DNA from: Proteromonas lacertae | Lineage: Eukaryota | Length of the DNA: 64,000 bases | Assembly: GCA_002245135.1 (NCBI GenBank) | Contig: NGBS01000874.1 | Coordinates: forward strand, 1 to 64,000 | Reading direction: 5' to 3' | Part shown: positions 34,645 to 47,888 of the stretch, piece by piece | Layout of the letters: every line of letters starts with the position of its first letter | Position numbering within the stretch: the stretch's first letter is position 1 | The notes under the pieces: generated by a model | Database searches by the model: none | Told to the model about the DNA's origin: nothing | Seen by the model: the letters and a program-made list of their open reading frames with translations, nothing else | Position numbers and translations under genes: made by a program

Positions 34645-36895
34645 AGTATAAACATGGGACTTTGGCCTAATGTCATAGAGTCCTAACAATGGTTCTAGAA
34701 GCCATGACTGAAAGAATCTTTGATTATGATACCAACTACTACCTCCAGTTGAATGATGCCAGGGTGATGTCCTTCTTCATTGACTCCAACAACGCCGAGA
34801 TGTTTACCAAGAGCTTACGATATAATGTGGACATGGCAACTCAACTCTCCGAGCAGGTACTCTCAATGTAGCTCTCTGGAAGAGAGGCAACAAGAAGCTC
34901 TTGGCCTTTAAGCAGAACATCTACAGTAACGTCAGTAAAGTCTTCATGTTCTTGCTAGTGATCAAGGATTCAGTTATCTATCCAGGCAAGGAAGTGTCTA
35001 GCGATGAAACTACAACGGAGGCAACTTTATTCAACCTGTAAATATCTTTCCTCATTACAAGATCAAGGACATCTCCATAAATGCTTATCAGCCTCCACAA
35101 CCTCAGTTCCCACAAGGGATGACTTCTCAAGGAGTTATTCCTACTCCTACTCAAGTAGTTGCACCTCAAGGAGTTCAACCAAAACAACAACCTAAAAAGC
35201 CTTCTCAAGGACCTCTTCAATGACTTCAACATCGACTTAATTCCTAGTTGTTGTTCATCAAGGGCTTTCTCATTCATATGTTTTCGCCTTAAGGGCTTTC
35301 TTCTTCATAGCACTGTTAAGTTCCTTGTCGAATTCTTCATCATCGTCTAAGTAGTTGTCTAAGGAGTCATTTTCATTACCTAAGTCATCCTTGGGAGCTT
35401 AATCTTCTGACTTCTCTTCTCCATATTCATACTTGCTATCATTCACATGCTTATTCCAGGTAATAGGAGTAGGATGGATGGAGTAGGCTAATTCATTGAA
35501 GACTGTATGGAGTATTCAGTCTTGAGTGAGTCCATTACCTTCTTGATATCCTCGGAGGTAGGTTTCTTTGATTCATCATCATCAGCAGCAGCAGCAGTAG
35601 TAAGTAGTTGTCTTAGTAAGGCCATTGTATTCTCATCACCATCATCGGAGCTTCCTCTGGCTCCTTGTTTCATCATCATCATCATTATTGTTGAAGGGTC
35701 AAGATCCTCGGAGGAGTCACTTACTTCACGGTCAGCTTCAATGCTCTTCATGATTGTAGGAACTACAAGGAATCCAGGAGTTGATATCGCATCTACGATT
35801 GCCAGGCTTTACTATTTGATACTCTCTAACTACATTATAAGGTGGTGGAACATCATTAAGATCTTCTGCTTCTTGTGTTAGTTTAATAAATTGTTTTTCA
35901 CTTAAGTAATAATTGTTTCTCATAAAACCTTTGAAGTTCAAGGAATTATCGGACTAACCATTTTCTATGAATTCTATCCGAATCAGCAACTGTCTTAATA
36001 TTTTTCCATGTCCTTAATCTTCATGATCCAACCTTCCGTGAATGCTACGCCTAGTCGACTTCACCTTTCATGTTCCTATTGGAATGGATTCTAAGTACTT
36101 CTTACATTGGATATTCTTCGGCTCTAAGCATTGATTATTACCTTGTGCTGTGTTAGTCGATCAAAGCTCTCATGGTTGCTAGAGTCTTGAGATAGACTGA
36201 TAACATATTCCTCCGATTAAGTCGTACTACACACTGAGGAGTATCCTCCATTGGGTTTAAGGAAGTTCTCTAGCTCCTTCTTCTTGAGGCGCTTCATGCA
36301 AATAGACAACTGATGAGAAAATATTAGCTGGATCTATTGCTTACGACGACCTTAACTTCCAGCCGTAAATTGCTTTCCCTTAATAGGTCCTCTACCTATC
36401 GAGTATTCTACGTTCTCGGGAGCCTTCTGCGAATGCTATCTTTCTTCGGAAAAGACACTCCTATTAAGCTTTTAACTAGCCGAAGCCTCCTGGATTTACC
36501 AATTGGTAACTTGTTAACAATTGGTAACAAGTTAACAATTGTAAAGTCCCTGTCCCCAGTTGGTTTCCAAGGTTCAATTAAAAGCCCTTACAAGGTCACC
36601 AGCGTTGCAAGGAGAGTCCCTGTTGTAGGAAATAGTCTCATAGGTAGGTATAGGTAATTAACACTTCTAGATATCTTCCAGGAGTACCCGTAGAAGATTG
36701 TCCTGTAAGAGGAGTCCTGTAAATGGGACTATGGTACAATTGTCAAAGTTCTAACGAGTGTTCTAGGTATCGTAGATGTTCTTGTCCATGATTGCTGCAT
36801 TTGAGGCATAATCAGTAAGGCTTTTATTAGAATCGTTGAAACTCACCGTAGAACCGGGAATTTACAATTCTTAACTTGTTACCAAATGGTAGCTT
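34645..36895. mobile_element. Diverged, deleted relative of the 23378..31682 element
   Basis: ATATAT|AGTATAAACATGGGACT terminus, subterminal palindrome triplet, TIR-like blocks at 36655-36770 and similar GC content. Right end approximate. Confidence 0.7.
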
Positions 36896-36976
36896 CTTTT
36901 AGCTATCTTCTATATATGCAAATTACATTTATAGTAATAAATAGCAAAAGTTTAAATAATTTGCTTAATAGTGTGA

Positions 36977-37957
36977 TTATACCCATGCATGAGCTCTAAT
37001 TCCTTTTTTTCTTAGGTGAAGAAATTTCATTGTTGCGCAATACAATGAACAATTTCTATCTACCTTTTTTCCCCACCATTTCATCATATATGGCTCATAA
37101 AAATGATATTCAAAATAAAATTCATTTGGCATTATATTGTTATATTTTATTAAATGATTAAATATAGGAATTTCAACAGCTGGAGTATCAACATCAAGTT
37201 TAAAAATAATGTATGAATGATTTTGATATTTCTTTATCAAATTAAGTGGATTATCATTTGATGTAATATTTGTTGTAATTGGTTTATTATAGTAATTATA
37301 TTTTCTGAGAATATCATGTGGTATTTCTTTTAGTGCTTTGGTAATATTTATTTTAGCAGCCTCCCACAAATACCATTTTCTAAATTCTGTTGAAGGATAT
37401 TTTTTATAGAAATTGTAAAAATAACTCTGACTCGATCCTCCATATCCTTCATTAAATGTAGAAGCACCAGCATCAATATATACTATAGGTTTATACAAAG
37501 CAAATAAATAGGAAGGTAAAAGATAATCTTTTGAAAGTATATTACCCTTTTTACCAGTACAACACTGAGAAAATGTGTTTCTAAGAATGCCAAATAAAGG
37601 TTCTATATACTCTTTTACCAACCTGCCATATTTATTTTTGAATAAAAAGTATGACATATCCTCTCCAATGCATTTACGATATTTTAATTCTTTACATTTA
37701 AATATACTATTGTTTAATAATATTAATCTGTTAGTAAAGGGATATATGAATTTGCAATATTGTTTATAGTAATTATATTTATGATGTTTAAGTATATTAA
37801 TCCATTCCGTTTCAATCTTAGATGATTTATAAGCTATATATTTTAAATAATCATTTTCGTTTTCAGTTATAAAGTTATATAAAAATATCACTGATAATAA
37901 CATAATAATATTAATTATAACTAATGAAAAACGATACTTTCTCTTATACATAAACAT
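36977..37957 (-). CDS. Type II membrane FkbM-like SAM methyltransferase, probable host gene
   Basis: N-terminal TM helix; VYIDAGAS, IFKLDVD and EFYFEYH motifs. Confidence 0.7.
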   Translation of the reverse strand: MFMYKRKYRFSLVIINIIMLLSVIFLYNFITENENDYLKYIAYKSSKIETEWINILKHHKYNYYKQYCKFIYPFTNRLILLNNSIFKCKELKYRKCIGEDMSYFLFKNKYGRLVKEYIEPLFGILRNTFSQCCTGKKGNILSKDYLLPSYLFALYKPIVYIDAGASTFNEGYGGSSQSYFYNFYKKYPSTEFRKWYLWEAAKINITKALKEIPHDILRKYNYYNKPITTNITSNDNPLNLIKKYQNHSYIIFKLDVDTPAVEIPIFNHLIKYNNIMPNEFYFEYHFYEPYMMKWWGKKVDRNCSLYCATMKFLHLRKKGIRAHAWV

Positions 37958-39149
37958 ATTTCCTTAATTAAAGATTTGCAATTTTAATAAAATGTAAAAA
38001 TTAACATAGTAGCATATAACCATATAACCATTATTAATGCTATCAAGAGATGGATTGCTATTACTATTACTTTCTCTATTATTTAGAGAATAAAGTGTAT
38101 TATAATTACTATTTATTACTTATGATGTGATTTTATTTAGTGTCTCAGATGGGATTATCTTCTTGACTTGTTCATTTAGATTAATTATCTTCTTTAATTG
38201 TTGTTGAAAGTTTTGTTGGTTTTCTATAATCCTTTTTTGACCCCTATTCCTCTTCTCTTTGTTATTAAAACTTCTAATGAATGATGATGATGAGAATAAA
38301 GATAAATTGTTCTCATCTATTGTGAATTCTTTACTTAAGTCTCTAAACCATAAGCTTTATAATACTAGAAGGATTTCATACTCAAGATCAAATATTAAAC
38401 ATTATCAACAATGCATTCAAAGAAATAACACTGAATAACTTTCATCCAGATACAGTATTAACAGATGATGATAAGAATATGAAGCTATTTATTGGAGATG
38501 TTGTGCGCCGTTGAGACGCTTTCATCATATAATTACTTTTAAAACAAACTAATATCATTTTTATCTTAGTTATAGAGAGTTATTTACAAATATATAGTTA
38601 GGTCTATGATATAACTTGTACTTATATCAACTATTAGATTAACATAAGTAATATTATTATATAATCCATTACTACTACTTATATGTATTGTTAATATAAA
38701 ATATCTGAAAATAAATCATAATGGTTCATGAGATAAATGAAAAAATAAAACTAAATTCCTTAAAAATTTTACACCTAAATTTTGTTCAAAATTTAATAAT
38801 CTCTACAAATAAATAATTCACTGTAAATTTAACTACTAAATTTAAATAATAAACTTCAGATCTATGTATAGAGATAAAAAAATTATACACAATACAAATT
38901 TATAAAGATAATTCACAAATATTTCTAGTTTCTATATTTAATTTATTACATATGAATATATTTCTAGAACAAAACATATGTATCTCATATACAAAGTATC
39001 ATCTTTATAATCCTTGTGCTTTATAATGAAAACAAATTCTTTTTAAATATTATTTAATTTTGTAATTTTTATTAATTAAAAAATGATATATAGCTAAAGG
39101 TGTAGTTTTAAGGGAAATGAATCTGATTAAAGTCTACATAAATCTGTGG

Positions 39150-40950
39150 AATGTATTATTTCTGTCATAATGGAGAAAACGCTTTGCTTTTTGTTCTGTT
39201 GTCAATCTAGACATAGCATCTTTTATATCATGAATAAAGTATTGAATATTGAAGCTTGTCGCGCGCGATAAAGAAATTTGCGCGATAAAGGAAGTAATTG
39301 TTTATATTTAGATCTAATATAATATTATTGTTAATGTCATTACGCTATGCATGAATATATAATCATTTTGTCTTATAACAGTCATATACAATAGTTATGT
39401 TCAATTATTCATAAATATTCACTTCATATTCATCTTAATTATTTCTATCATTTAACATTATTTTTTTTGCATATATCACTGGAAGAAATTGAAATAAACA
39501 GTTCTTTGATGAAAAGATTAAACAAAATCGATGTTACGATGGTTTGAAATAAAAAATAAAATATTGGCTTGAAGAAGGCTTGAGCATATTTTCTTTTTTC
39601 TTTAATATTTTTTTAAAGGGTACTATATATATATCAATATGTTAATAAGACATATATATTAATATATTCTAGCGATTTAAATAATAAAATAATTACAAAG
39701 ATTAATAATAGATGATATAAATCTTATTGAAAACTTGATGACAATTTCAACATATGTAATTTATTAGACAAAATAATGTTATATTTATATTTACTCGGCC
39801 TTCCAAATAAGTATTAACATATTCACTTTAATGGAAACTTATTACTTCCTTTACCGCGCAAATTTCTTTATCGCGCGAGACAAAGCTTTCAATATTTTGA
39901 ATGCTATCTTTGTTAATGTTCTTTAGTCTAGCGCCAAAAAAGAATAATGTATAATATCCACATGTAATTACATCTCTTTCATTTTGTTTTACTGCTGTTT
40001 TAATAATATGATATTCTTCTTCATAATATGATCTAAAAGAATATGCTATTCTAGTACTTATTGCATCTCTAGAATTTTCATCTTTTTCATATATTGAAAG
40101 GCTGTCTTATATATTGTAGATAATTCGATCATTATCTTTATAATCTACTTCCCAAAAAGTCCAGTGTTTGTATGCTCTATCACAAACAGGAAAGTAATAT
40201 ACTCCATCTTCACTAATCTTTACATAAGCTATTGTAGAAAAAGTATCTGCCTTATATATGTTACCTGGATCGATTATGCAATGATTGAATTGGTTTATAA
40301 AATGTATGAGATAAACCATTTGTTCTCCTTTTAACAGATGTTGATCATCAAATTCGTAACTTAATTCGTCAAATTTCCTTGCATAACATTTCCTTCGATT
40401 TGGTTTACGTGATATAACATCATAATCATAATCATTCATTATCATATCTAAGAATCTTAAGCAAGTATGTGGTTTTTCATCATATGCAACTAATGGATCA
40501 TTTGACTTTGTAATGTTTACATAATAACAAGCATACTTTAATCTACAAGATTACATAAGTTTTGATTAAATCACTCATTAATATAATATCAAGTTCATCT
40601 ACATGTGTTTGAATATTCGCATTTATTATCATGAACATCACTATAGCAATTATATCTTCTGCTTCCTGAAAGTTTGTTTTAATTTGATTTTTTATAAGTG
40701 TGAACTTATTTATCTTTGCTAGTGTCTTATCATACATGATTAAACGTTGTATATCTTCTTCATAAATACCACTATCAATTGTATCATAAACTGTAACTGT
40801 CTACTTTAATAATAAAAGTGTTCATCTTTTTAGTGGCTAAAATATTTAAATCTGTTGCTATAAACAAATCTTCACATGAGTAACATTCTAATATGAACCT
40901 CATTTCATTTAATTCAAGTTTAATTCTTCCAATGCTCTCTCTAATACTTC
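39150..40950 (-). pseudogene. Tandem Ulp1-like (C48) protease region of element 1, degenerate and MITE-interrupted
   Basis: YYFPVCDRAYKHWTFWEVDY, VITCGYY and DIILMSDLIKTY align with 56575..57927. Boundaries approximate. Confidence 0.75.
39257..39882. mobile_element. MITE (TGT...ACA, TIR of about 42 bp)
   Basis: TGTCGCGCGCGATAAAGAAATTTGCGCG TIR, 5 bp TSD AAGCT. The flanks rejoin to the Ulp1 sequence. Confidence 0.9.
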
Positions 40951-41000
40951 ATTATATTCATCATCACTATCACTGCCATCTCTGCCATAATCATCATCAT

Positions 41001-41640
41001 TGTTGTGCGCCGTTTGTCATAGTTGGCCGTTTGTCTACCAGACACTTTTAAAACAAACTAAATGTATATTCTTACTTGTCTTGATGAAAAATCGTTACTT
41101 TTATTACTTACTTTGTTATATGACCTATATCTGCAGTATACTTTTTTGATAATATAAATAGTTTGAATATTTGCGCCATTTGTTTTCTAGAAATTTTTGA
41201 AGCAAACTAAATACATATTTAGCTAATATAGACTAAAATACATTAGTTGAAATGATTAGAACAACTTAATGTTGATCATAAGACATATAAAAAGAAAAAA
41301 GAAAATATAGAATCAAGCCTCACTCAAGCCTATTTTTTACATTTCTTTTTTTATATAGAAAGATGTAATAATTATTATATTCTAATCATTTTAGCTAATG
41401 TATTTTAGTCTATATTTGCTTAAAATGCATATAGTTTGCTTCAAAAATTTCTAGAAAACAAATGGCGCAAATATTCAAACTATTTATATTATCAAAAAAG
41501 TATACTGCAGAGGTAGGTCATATAACAAAGTAAGTAATAAAAGTAACGATTTTTCATCAAGACAAGTAAGAATATACATTTAGTTTGTTTTAAAAGTGTC
41601 TGGTAGACAAACGGCCAACTATGACAAACGGATCACAACA
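41001..41640. mobile_element. Ginger-family MITE with TIRs of about 260 bp
   Basis: TGTTGTGCGCCGTTTGTC...CACAACA, 5 bp TSD ATCAT. Termini nearly match element 2. Confidence 0.92.
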
Positions 41641-41759
41641 ATCATCTTCTTCTAATTCTTCTTTGTTATCTTTACTTTCATTGTCATAATCCTCTTCATC
41701 ACCATCATCTTCACTTTCATTCTGATGAATATGTTTCGTTTGACATATCAACTTGCAAC

Positions 41760-42726
41760 TCTTTATTCTCTTTCATTAACTCTTGAATATCCATCAGAAA
41801 TAATGATCGTGGCTTGCAATGAGTTCTTCTACATATACCAGTATTAATTCTCTCAATAATTCTGTCTATATAATCTGTCCAATACACTTCTTTTTCTTTT
41901 GTTTCATTAAAACTATTCTTTTCTTTCTATACTTTCTTTTGATCTATTTTTGGCTTTGGATACATAAATTTTCTCATTGTAATTCTCAACCTTACCAATT
42001 GTCTGTGGACGATAAGGAGCGCTGTGAATTTCTTTAATATGATACATCTTAAATAATTGTTTAATAACATCATTGACAAACTCCAATCCATTATCCATTT
42101 GCATAATCTTTGGAGGTCCAAATATTCTAATATAATTTGCCACATTTCTTGTAGTTTCCTTTTCTGACTTTGTTTTCTGTGCATAAACCATGGTAAAATT
42201 ACTGTAATGATCAATGATGGTGAGGATATAATGGTATAAGTCCTCTTTTTTCATATTTTTGAAGTCTTTGTTGAATTGATTCATGTTAATTAAATCCAAA
42301 AGTATTCTTTCTCGAGGCAGATTAGAAATAATTGGCTTAACTGGTTGTCCATTTACCACCTTTTTCGTCTCTTGACAACCTATACAAGTGTCAGTATAAG
42401 CCCGCAACATGTCTCTGACTATACCATAGTAATCCTTTTGAAGCAAGGGTAACATATACCTATCATTAGCATGAGCATAATTAAGATGAACAGGTTAAAT
42501 TTGATCGAACGACTCCTCAATTGTAACTACCTTCTTGTTTTTGAAGTACAAAATACCATCCTTTATGGAGTACTTCTTTCTTTTATAGTTACCAATGTTG
42601 CTTAAGTAAAGATCTACTTTCTCCTTTGTGAATGTTCTTGTGCTTTTCTTCGCTATGTTCATAGCATTAATTCTTTCTAAGTAAACGATTTTATAATTAT
42701 AGTCCAAAGTTTTTCTAAGTCTTAGC
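41760..42726 (-). pseudogene. rve DDE integrase/transposase (SCAND3/KRBA2-Ginger2 type), exon 2
   Basis: H-H-CxxC zinc knuckle (VHLNYAH...CIGC), PIISNLPRERILLDLINM, QMDNGLEF, HSAPYRPQTIGKVE. One in-frame stop at 42495 and a 3' frameshift. Confidence 0.9.
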
Positions 42727-45700
42727 CTATAAAAAAGATAGTATAAATGTTATGTGAGTAATGAATATAGATATATAGATAATTACTGTTGTTTATAATA
42801 CTCTTACCCCCAAAAAACAAAAGAAAGAATGTTTATTTATATATTTTAAATCTTAAATAATTAAATCTAAGATTTAAGATATAAGTGTAACAATTGACTC
42901 CTATTATTATCGAATCTAAGATAATAATTCATATATAATTCTACTAATAATTCTTTCCCTTGTTTCTTCGTTGTATTGTCATTACTTTTTAATTAACCAG
43001 CCATCATTAATAGAAATTTTAAAACTGTTCAACCAAAATCATAATGACATTATCAACTACATCAGTTGAATAGTAATCAATTCCATATATTCATAAACAT
43101 ATATAAATGTACCAGTAAAAATTATACCAAGCAAACTCTGTTTCATTTAATGTAACTTCTTTTATTGTATATATTATCTCAGTATAAACTAATAATCTCT
43201 TTTCATTTAATTTATATGTTTGAATTTGAATTTATATAATTCATCTATGGAAATTTCTTCATTCGGAATTCCGCGATAATTGGAGATAATCAATGAGCCA
43301 TTACATTACCATAATTTAATCTATCTTTCCAATATATTTCAAAACATTAATCTCAAAGCATCAGCTTGTTTCTAAATTGCCATTACTATTGTTCTTCAAA
43401 TTACTTCATTGATTTTTCACTTTTCTTCTTATCTACATATTCATTGGTCAAGTTGATCTTTCTTCTACTACGCTACTTGTTCTGTTAATATTATAATATT
43501 ATAATCTATTAGTTGCATTAAGATTTCTTCTTCTTCTATATTGTATATCATATTTAATACAATATAACTCAATTGGATCTTTGCTTATATTCATTATTAC
43601 TAATGGTTATTCAACTGGTTCTAAATGAGATTGTATTGGATCAAATTGAATAACCATTAGAATAAGTATATTTATATCACCAATTTGTGAAGGTGTAAAT
43701 TCTATTTCTGCATTAAACCTTTCACATCATATATTCTGATCTGAGAAGCACCTTATCTTTCAGCTTTTTCTTTCTTAAAACTCCAATCAACAGTTACAGG
43801 ACATTCATTGTATAATGTCACAAACATCACTTGGTATTATTGATAATCGAAGAATACATACATCAGCTCTTAATATTATACAATAAGTTGGTACTCCTTG
43901 TACTTTGATTGGAATTGCTAAATCATATCTTCCATAAGGTAAATCAGATTTCGCTGTAAAACTAGATGTAAATGTCACTGTTGAACTTTTTTGTAATCTT
44001 TTCACTTCATCTGGAGTTAATGTATATCTACACTCTTATAAAGTTCTTCTTTCTATTCCGAAATTCACTGGTAAATTACCTATATTCGTTATTGTAAATG
44101 TCTTTGTCTTACTATCAGTTCGAACTACATTACCAAAATCTACTACATAATCAGCTAATGGAAACTCACCTAAATGTAAATTAGATATTTTCTTATTCGC
44201 CATTTTTGTTGTTTTGACTGTTTCATCTAATAATAAATCGATATAATATAATTTTAAAGCTTCAGATTCTCAATCAACTGTGATTTGTAATGATGCTGTA
44301 TTATTTCGTGAAGGTAATTTATTTATATTTGTCATGATTTTAGGTGGAGATGGTTATTTATTATCATTTTGTTGTGAATTCTTACTTCTCTCAAATACTG
44401 ATTTTTGACTATCTACTCTTGCAGATGATAGTTTCTTATTTTCATATTTTCTTTTCCTTCTTCTGTTATTTAAGTTGCTTATTCTCCTTCTAGTTTTGAT
44501 TCTGGTGGTAATTCTTTTACTGTTGCTTTACCAAGTGTTGGTGAATTGACTGGAATTCCATCTACAGTTATTGGCTTTTTAGCTTCAACTGGTTTTTCTT
44601 TTTCTTCTTCTGCTAATGGTTGTTCTGGTTTTTGTGTTTCTCCTCTTTCTGTTGGTTGTTTGATTGGTGATGGTAATGCTGGGTATGATAATGGATATTC
44701 AGTATTGGATGATACGATCAATCTATCAGCTTCTTCTAAGTAATGTTCCCAACTATTTGGTATTACCAATTCAGCATCATTCACTTTAATTTCTCTATTA
44801 CTTAATCTAAAACACCAACTAAACCAGTTCGAGAAGCACTATCAGTTGACATTTTAAATGGAAAATCTATTATATACATGAGGTATTTCTGAATATCTCA
44901 ATTCAATTTTTTCAGATTCAACTAGTTGTAAAATACATAGAATTTGGGTTATATCATATACTTCATTGATTGGAGATATTTGATTTTAGGTTTCATCTAT
45001 TTATAATTCCCAATGATAAGGACAAGGAATTGTTCCACGAGTTTCAATTGATAATAATAAAGATCTTTCAGTACTATTTAATATACAACCAAAATCCAAA
45101 TCATTCTAAGATAACCATAAAATGGGAAAGGCTACATCAGCTAAACATGGAATTGAATCTTTCTGAGGATAATCTTTATCTTATATTCAAAATACCATTT
45201 ATTTTAAAGGATATTTTATCATCTTTATAATTTGGATCAAATGCCACTGTCACATTCATTGATTCATTTGATTCTAAATGGAATTCATTCATACTTAATA
45301 ATAATGGAGCTGCTATACTTATTATCACATCTAAACTCAACGTTGATATATTCTTAAATACATCTGTCTTACTTTAAACTTCACCTGAAACTATAGCTTC
45401 ATATACATATTAAAATATGATTTATAAATTACACTTTGACTTCTGTTTTTATTGCTTCGTTATTTCTTATTTCTCTATCTATTAATTTATAAGAAAAATT
45501 GATTAATGCTTCATTTGTAAGTGATACTTCATATCGATGTGTTGAATACATAAATATATCACCAATATCTAATATATCATAACTAAAATAAGATTTTGGA
45601 CCAACACCTGAACCTGTTATTAACAATGGAAATCGATCTAATCTATTTTCTAATTCACGATTATTTCAAATCTCACTATCTTACTAGATTTCACCTTCAT

Positions 45701-46043
45701 TTAATTGATTCATTTTTATCTTCAAATGCTAAACAATCACGATCTACTTGGGAATATAATATTTTATATTTTTACCAACTAAATGGGCCGATTTAGATTA
45801 ATCAGTTAATAGTTCTAAATCTATTGTGGGGTTGTTTATACTGTTGTTTAAATTACTTTCTCAAACAGATGGTAATATTTGAACTTGAGGTTAGTTTAAA
45901 TTTTCTTATTTCATCTTCAGTTTATAATGCTTTCCATATAAAATGGCATTTTTTATCTAATAATTAAAAATACTAATTCAACTCATCTGTTAGTAAATAA
46001 AAAAAAAATATAATATAATAAAAAATATATATATAGAACTTAC
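42727..46043 (-). other. Predicted 3317 nt GT-AG intron splitting the transposase ATG
   Basis: Donor AAAAT|GTAAGT at 46043 (conserved at 62350). Branch-like TACTCAC and a poly-T TATAG|G acceptor at 42727. The join gives ATG CTA AGA CTT in frame with the integrase. Confidence 0.65.
43000..45950 (-). pseudogene. HYDIN: Captured Hydin fragments (deleted mosaic) in element 1
   Basis: GVGPKSYFSYDILDIGDIFMYSTHRYEV and YVVDFGNVV are ASH-domain segments homologous to 58.5-62.2 kb. Boundaries approximate. Confidence 0.8.
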
Positions 46044-46509
46044 ATTTTAGAAATTAAAACCATCAGGTTTGATAAGCTTGATTTTTATTTTCGTATTATC
46101 TTCCTTTGTAGATATAATTTGATTGTAATCTTTTAAATTTCTATTGAAATTCGTTTTTTCTATTTGACTAAACCATAAAAATATACAAACTGAAAAGTTG
46201 AAGAAAATAGAAATTTAAATTAAAAAATGACGTCAGAATGGGTATAATTCTTAATTCCTGTGTAACTGACACTTCTTATTTAGACATTATCTATCATCAT
46301 AAACACAAGATTTGGAATATACACAATTTTTAAAATATATTAATGTAAGTTTTAGTCAATATTATAACATAATTTTGTTACTCAAATAAGTAGCTAATAT
46401 GACAAACTAACTATATATTTGTAAATAACTCTCTATAACTAAGATAAAAATGATATTAGTTTGTTTCCAAAGTAATTGTATGATGAGAGCGGCTCAACGG
46501 CGCACAACA

Positions 46510-47094
46510 AGGCATATTCAGATTACTTCCATCTATATATTTTTGAAGATGATTGAAATTCCAATAAATATCTTTAGTCATTACAGAAAAGAGGAGACTG
46601 TCAGTATCTGTCATTAAGAGTCTAACATATTTTGGTGAATTGTAATGTAATACTCCATCATACCGATATTTATACATTAATAATTTAGAAAGAGCAAATA
46701 TTGTCATACCTATCTGAATAGGTTTATTAATTTTGAACATCTTTTTATGATAATGCACTAATCTTAAATCTCCATGAATAGTATGTATCTTATCAAACCA
46801 AGGATCTCTAATAGCTTTTCTTGACTGATTTTCTGACACTACTAATTTGATACTTCTCCTCTTATCAACTCTTTCTAAAGTTTTTCCATAAAGTGAATTA
46901 AGTAATTTCTTCTTGTATATCTGACAATTCATCATAGCTAATCTTCCTTCTTGAAGGTAGAATAGGATATTCTCTTATAATAGGAAATAGGTTCTATATC
47001 CACTTCTAACATATATCCTGTAGTTTCAAAGGAATCATTCTTATCATAGAATTTAGTAGATTCTGATATTTCATAAAGTTTAGGACAACTAGGA
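46510..47094 (-). pseudogene. pPolB fragment (second lineage), truncated by the Ginger TIR
   Basis: KKLLNSLYGK, KPIQIGMTIFALSKLLMY and LLMTDTDSL motifs. Confidence 0.9.
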
Positions 47095-47888
47095 TGATCC
47101 AAATTATAAAGATGATAAAATATCCTTTAAAATAAATGGTATTTTGAATATAAGATAAAGATTATCCTCAGAAAGATTCAATTCCATGTTTAGCTGATGT
47201 AGCCTTTCCCATTTTATGGTTATCTTAGAATGATTTGGATTTTGGTTGTATATTAAATAGTACTGAAAGATCTTTATTATTATCAATTGAAACTCGTGGA
47301 ACAATTCCTTGTCCTTATCATTGGGAATTATAAATAGATGAAACCTAAAATCAAATATCTCCAATCAATGAAGTATATGATATAACCCAAATTCTATGTA
47401 TTTTACAACTAGTTGAATCTGAAAAAATTGAATTGAGATATTCAGAAATACCTCATGTATATAATAGATTTTCCATTTAAAATGTCAACTGATAGTGCTT
47501 CTCGAACTGGTTTAGTTGGTGTTTTAGATTAAGTAATAGAGAAATTAAAGTGAATGATGCTGAATTGGTAATACCAAATAGTTGGGAACATTACTTAGAA
47601 GAAGCTGATAGATTGATCGTATCATCCAATACTGAATATCCATTATCATACCCAGCATTACCATCACCAATCAAACAACCAACAGAAAGAGGAGAAACAC
47701 AAAAACCAGAACAACCATTAGCAGAAGAAGAAAAAGAAAAACCAGTTGAAGCTAAAAAGCCAATAACTGTAGATGGAATTCCAGTCAATTCACCAACACT
47801 TGGTAAAGCAACAGTAAAAGAATTACCACCAGAATCAAAACTAGAAGGAGAATAAGCAACTTAAACAACAGAAGAAGGAAAAGAAAAT
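47095..47888 (+). repeat. Inverted near-identical copy of 44446..45239 (Hydin cargo piece)
   Basis: ORFs 47104.. and 47550.. are identical to 44970.. and 44479... Confidence 0.95.

Larger units (their letters stand above)
38499..46509 (-). mobile_element. Ginger2/TDD-like integrase DNA transposon 1 with Ulp1 domains and Hydin cargo
   Basis: TIRs of about 103 bp, TGTTGTGCGCCGTTGAG...; encodes an rve integrase and Ulp1. No matching TSD. Confidence 0.85.

Noticed and set aside
41913..42455. Integrase as a Polinton or LTR-retrotransposon gene
   Set aside because: No RT, gag or LTRs are present. It is enclosed by TGTTG TIRs and has SCAND3/KRBA2-like motifs.
38494..46514. TSDs for the two large Ginger elements
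   Set aside because: The flanks do not match (GGAGA/AGGCA and AGATG/TCTAT), so no TSD is claimed. The ends may have been reshuffled.
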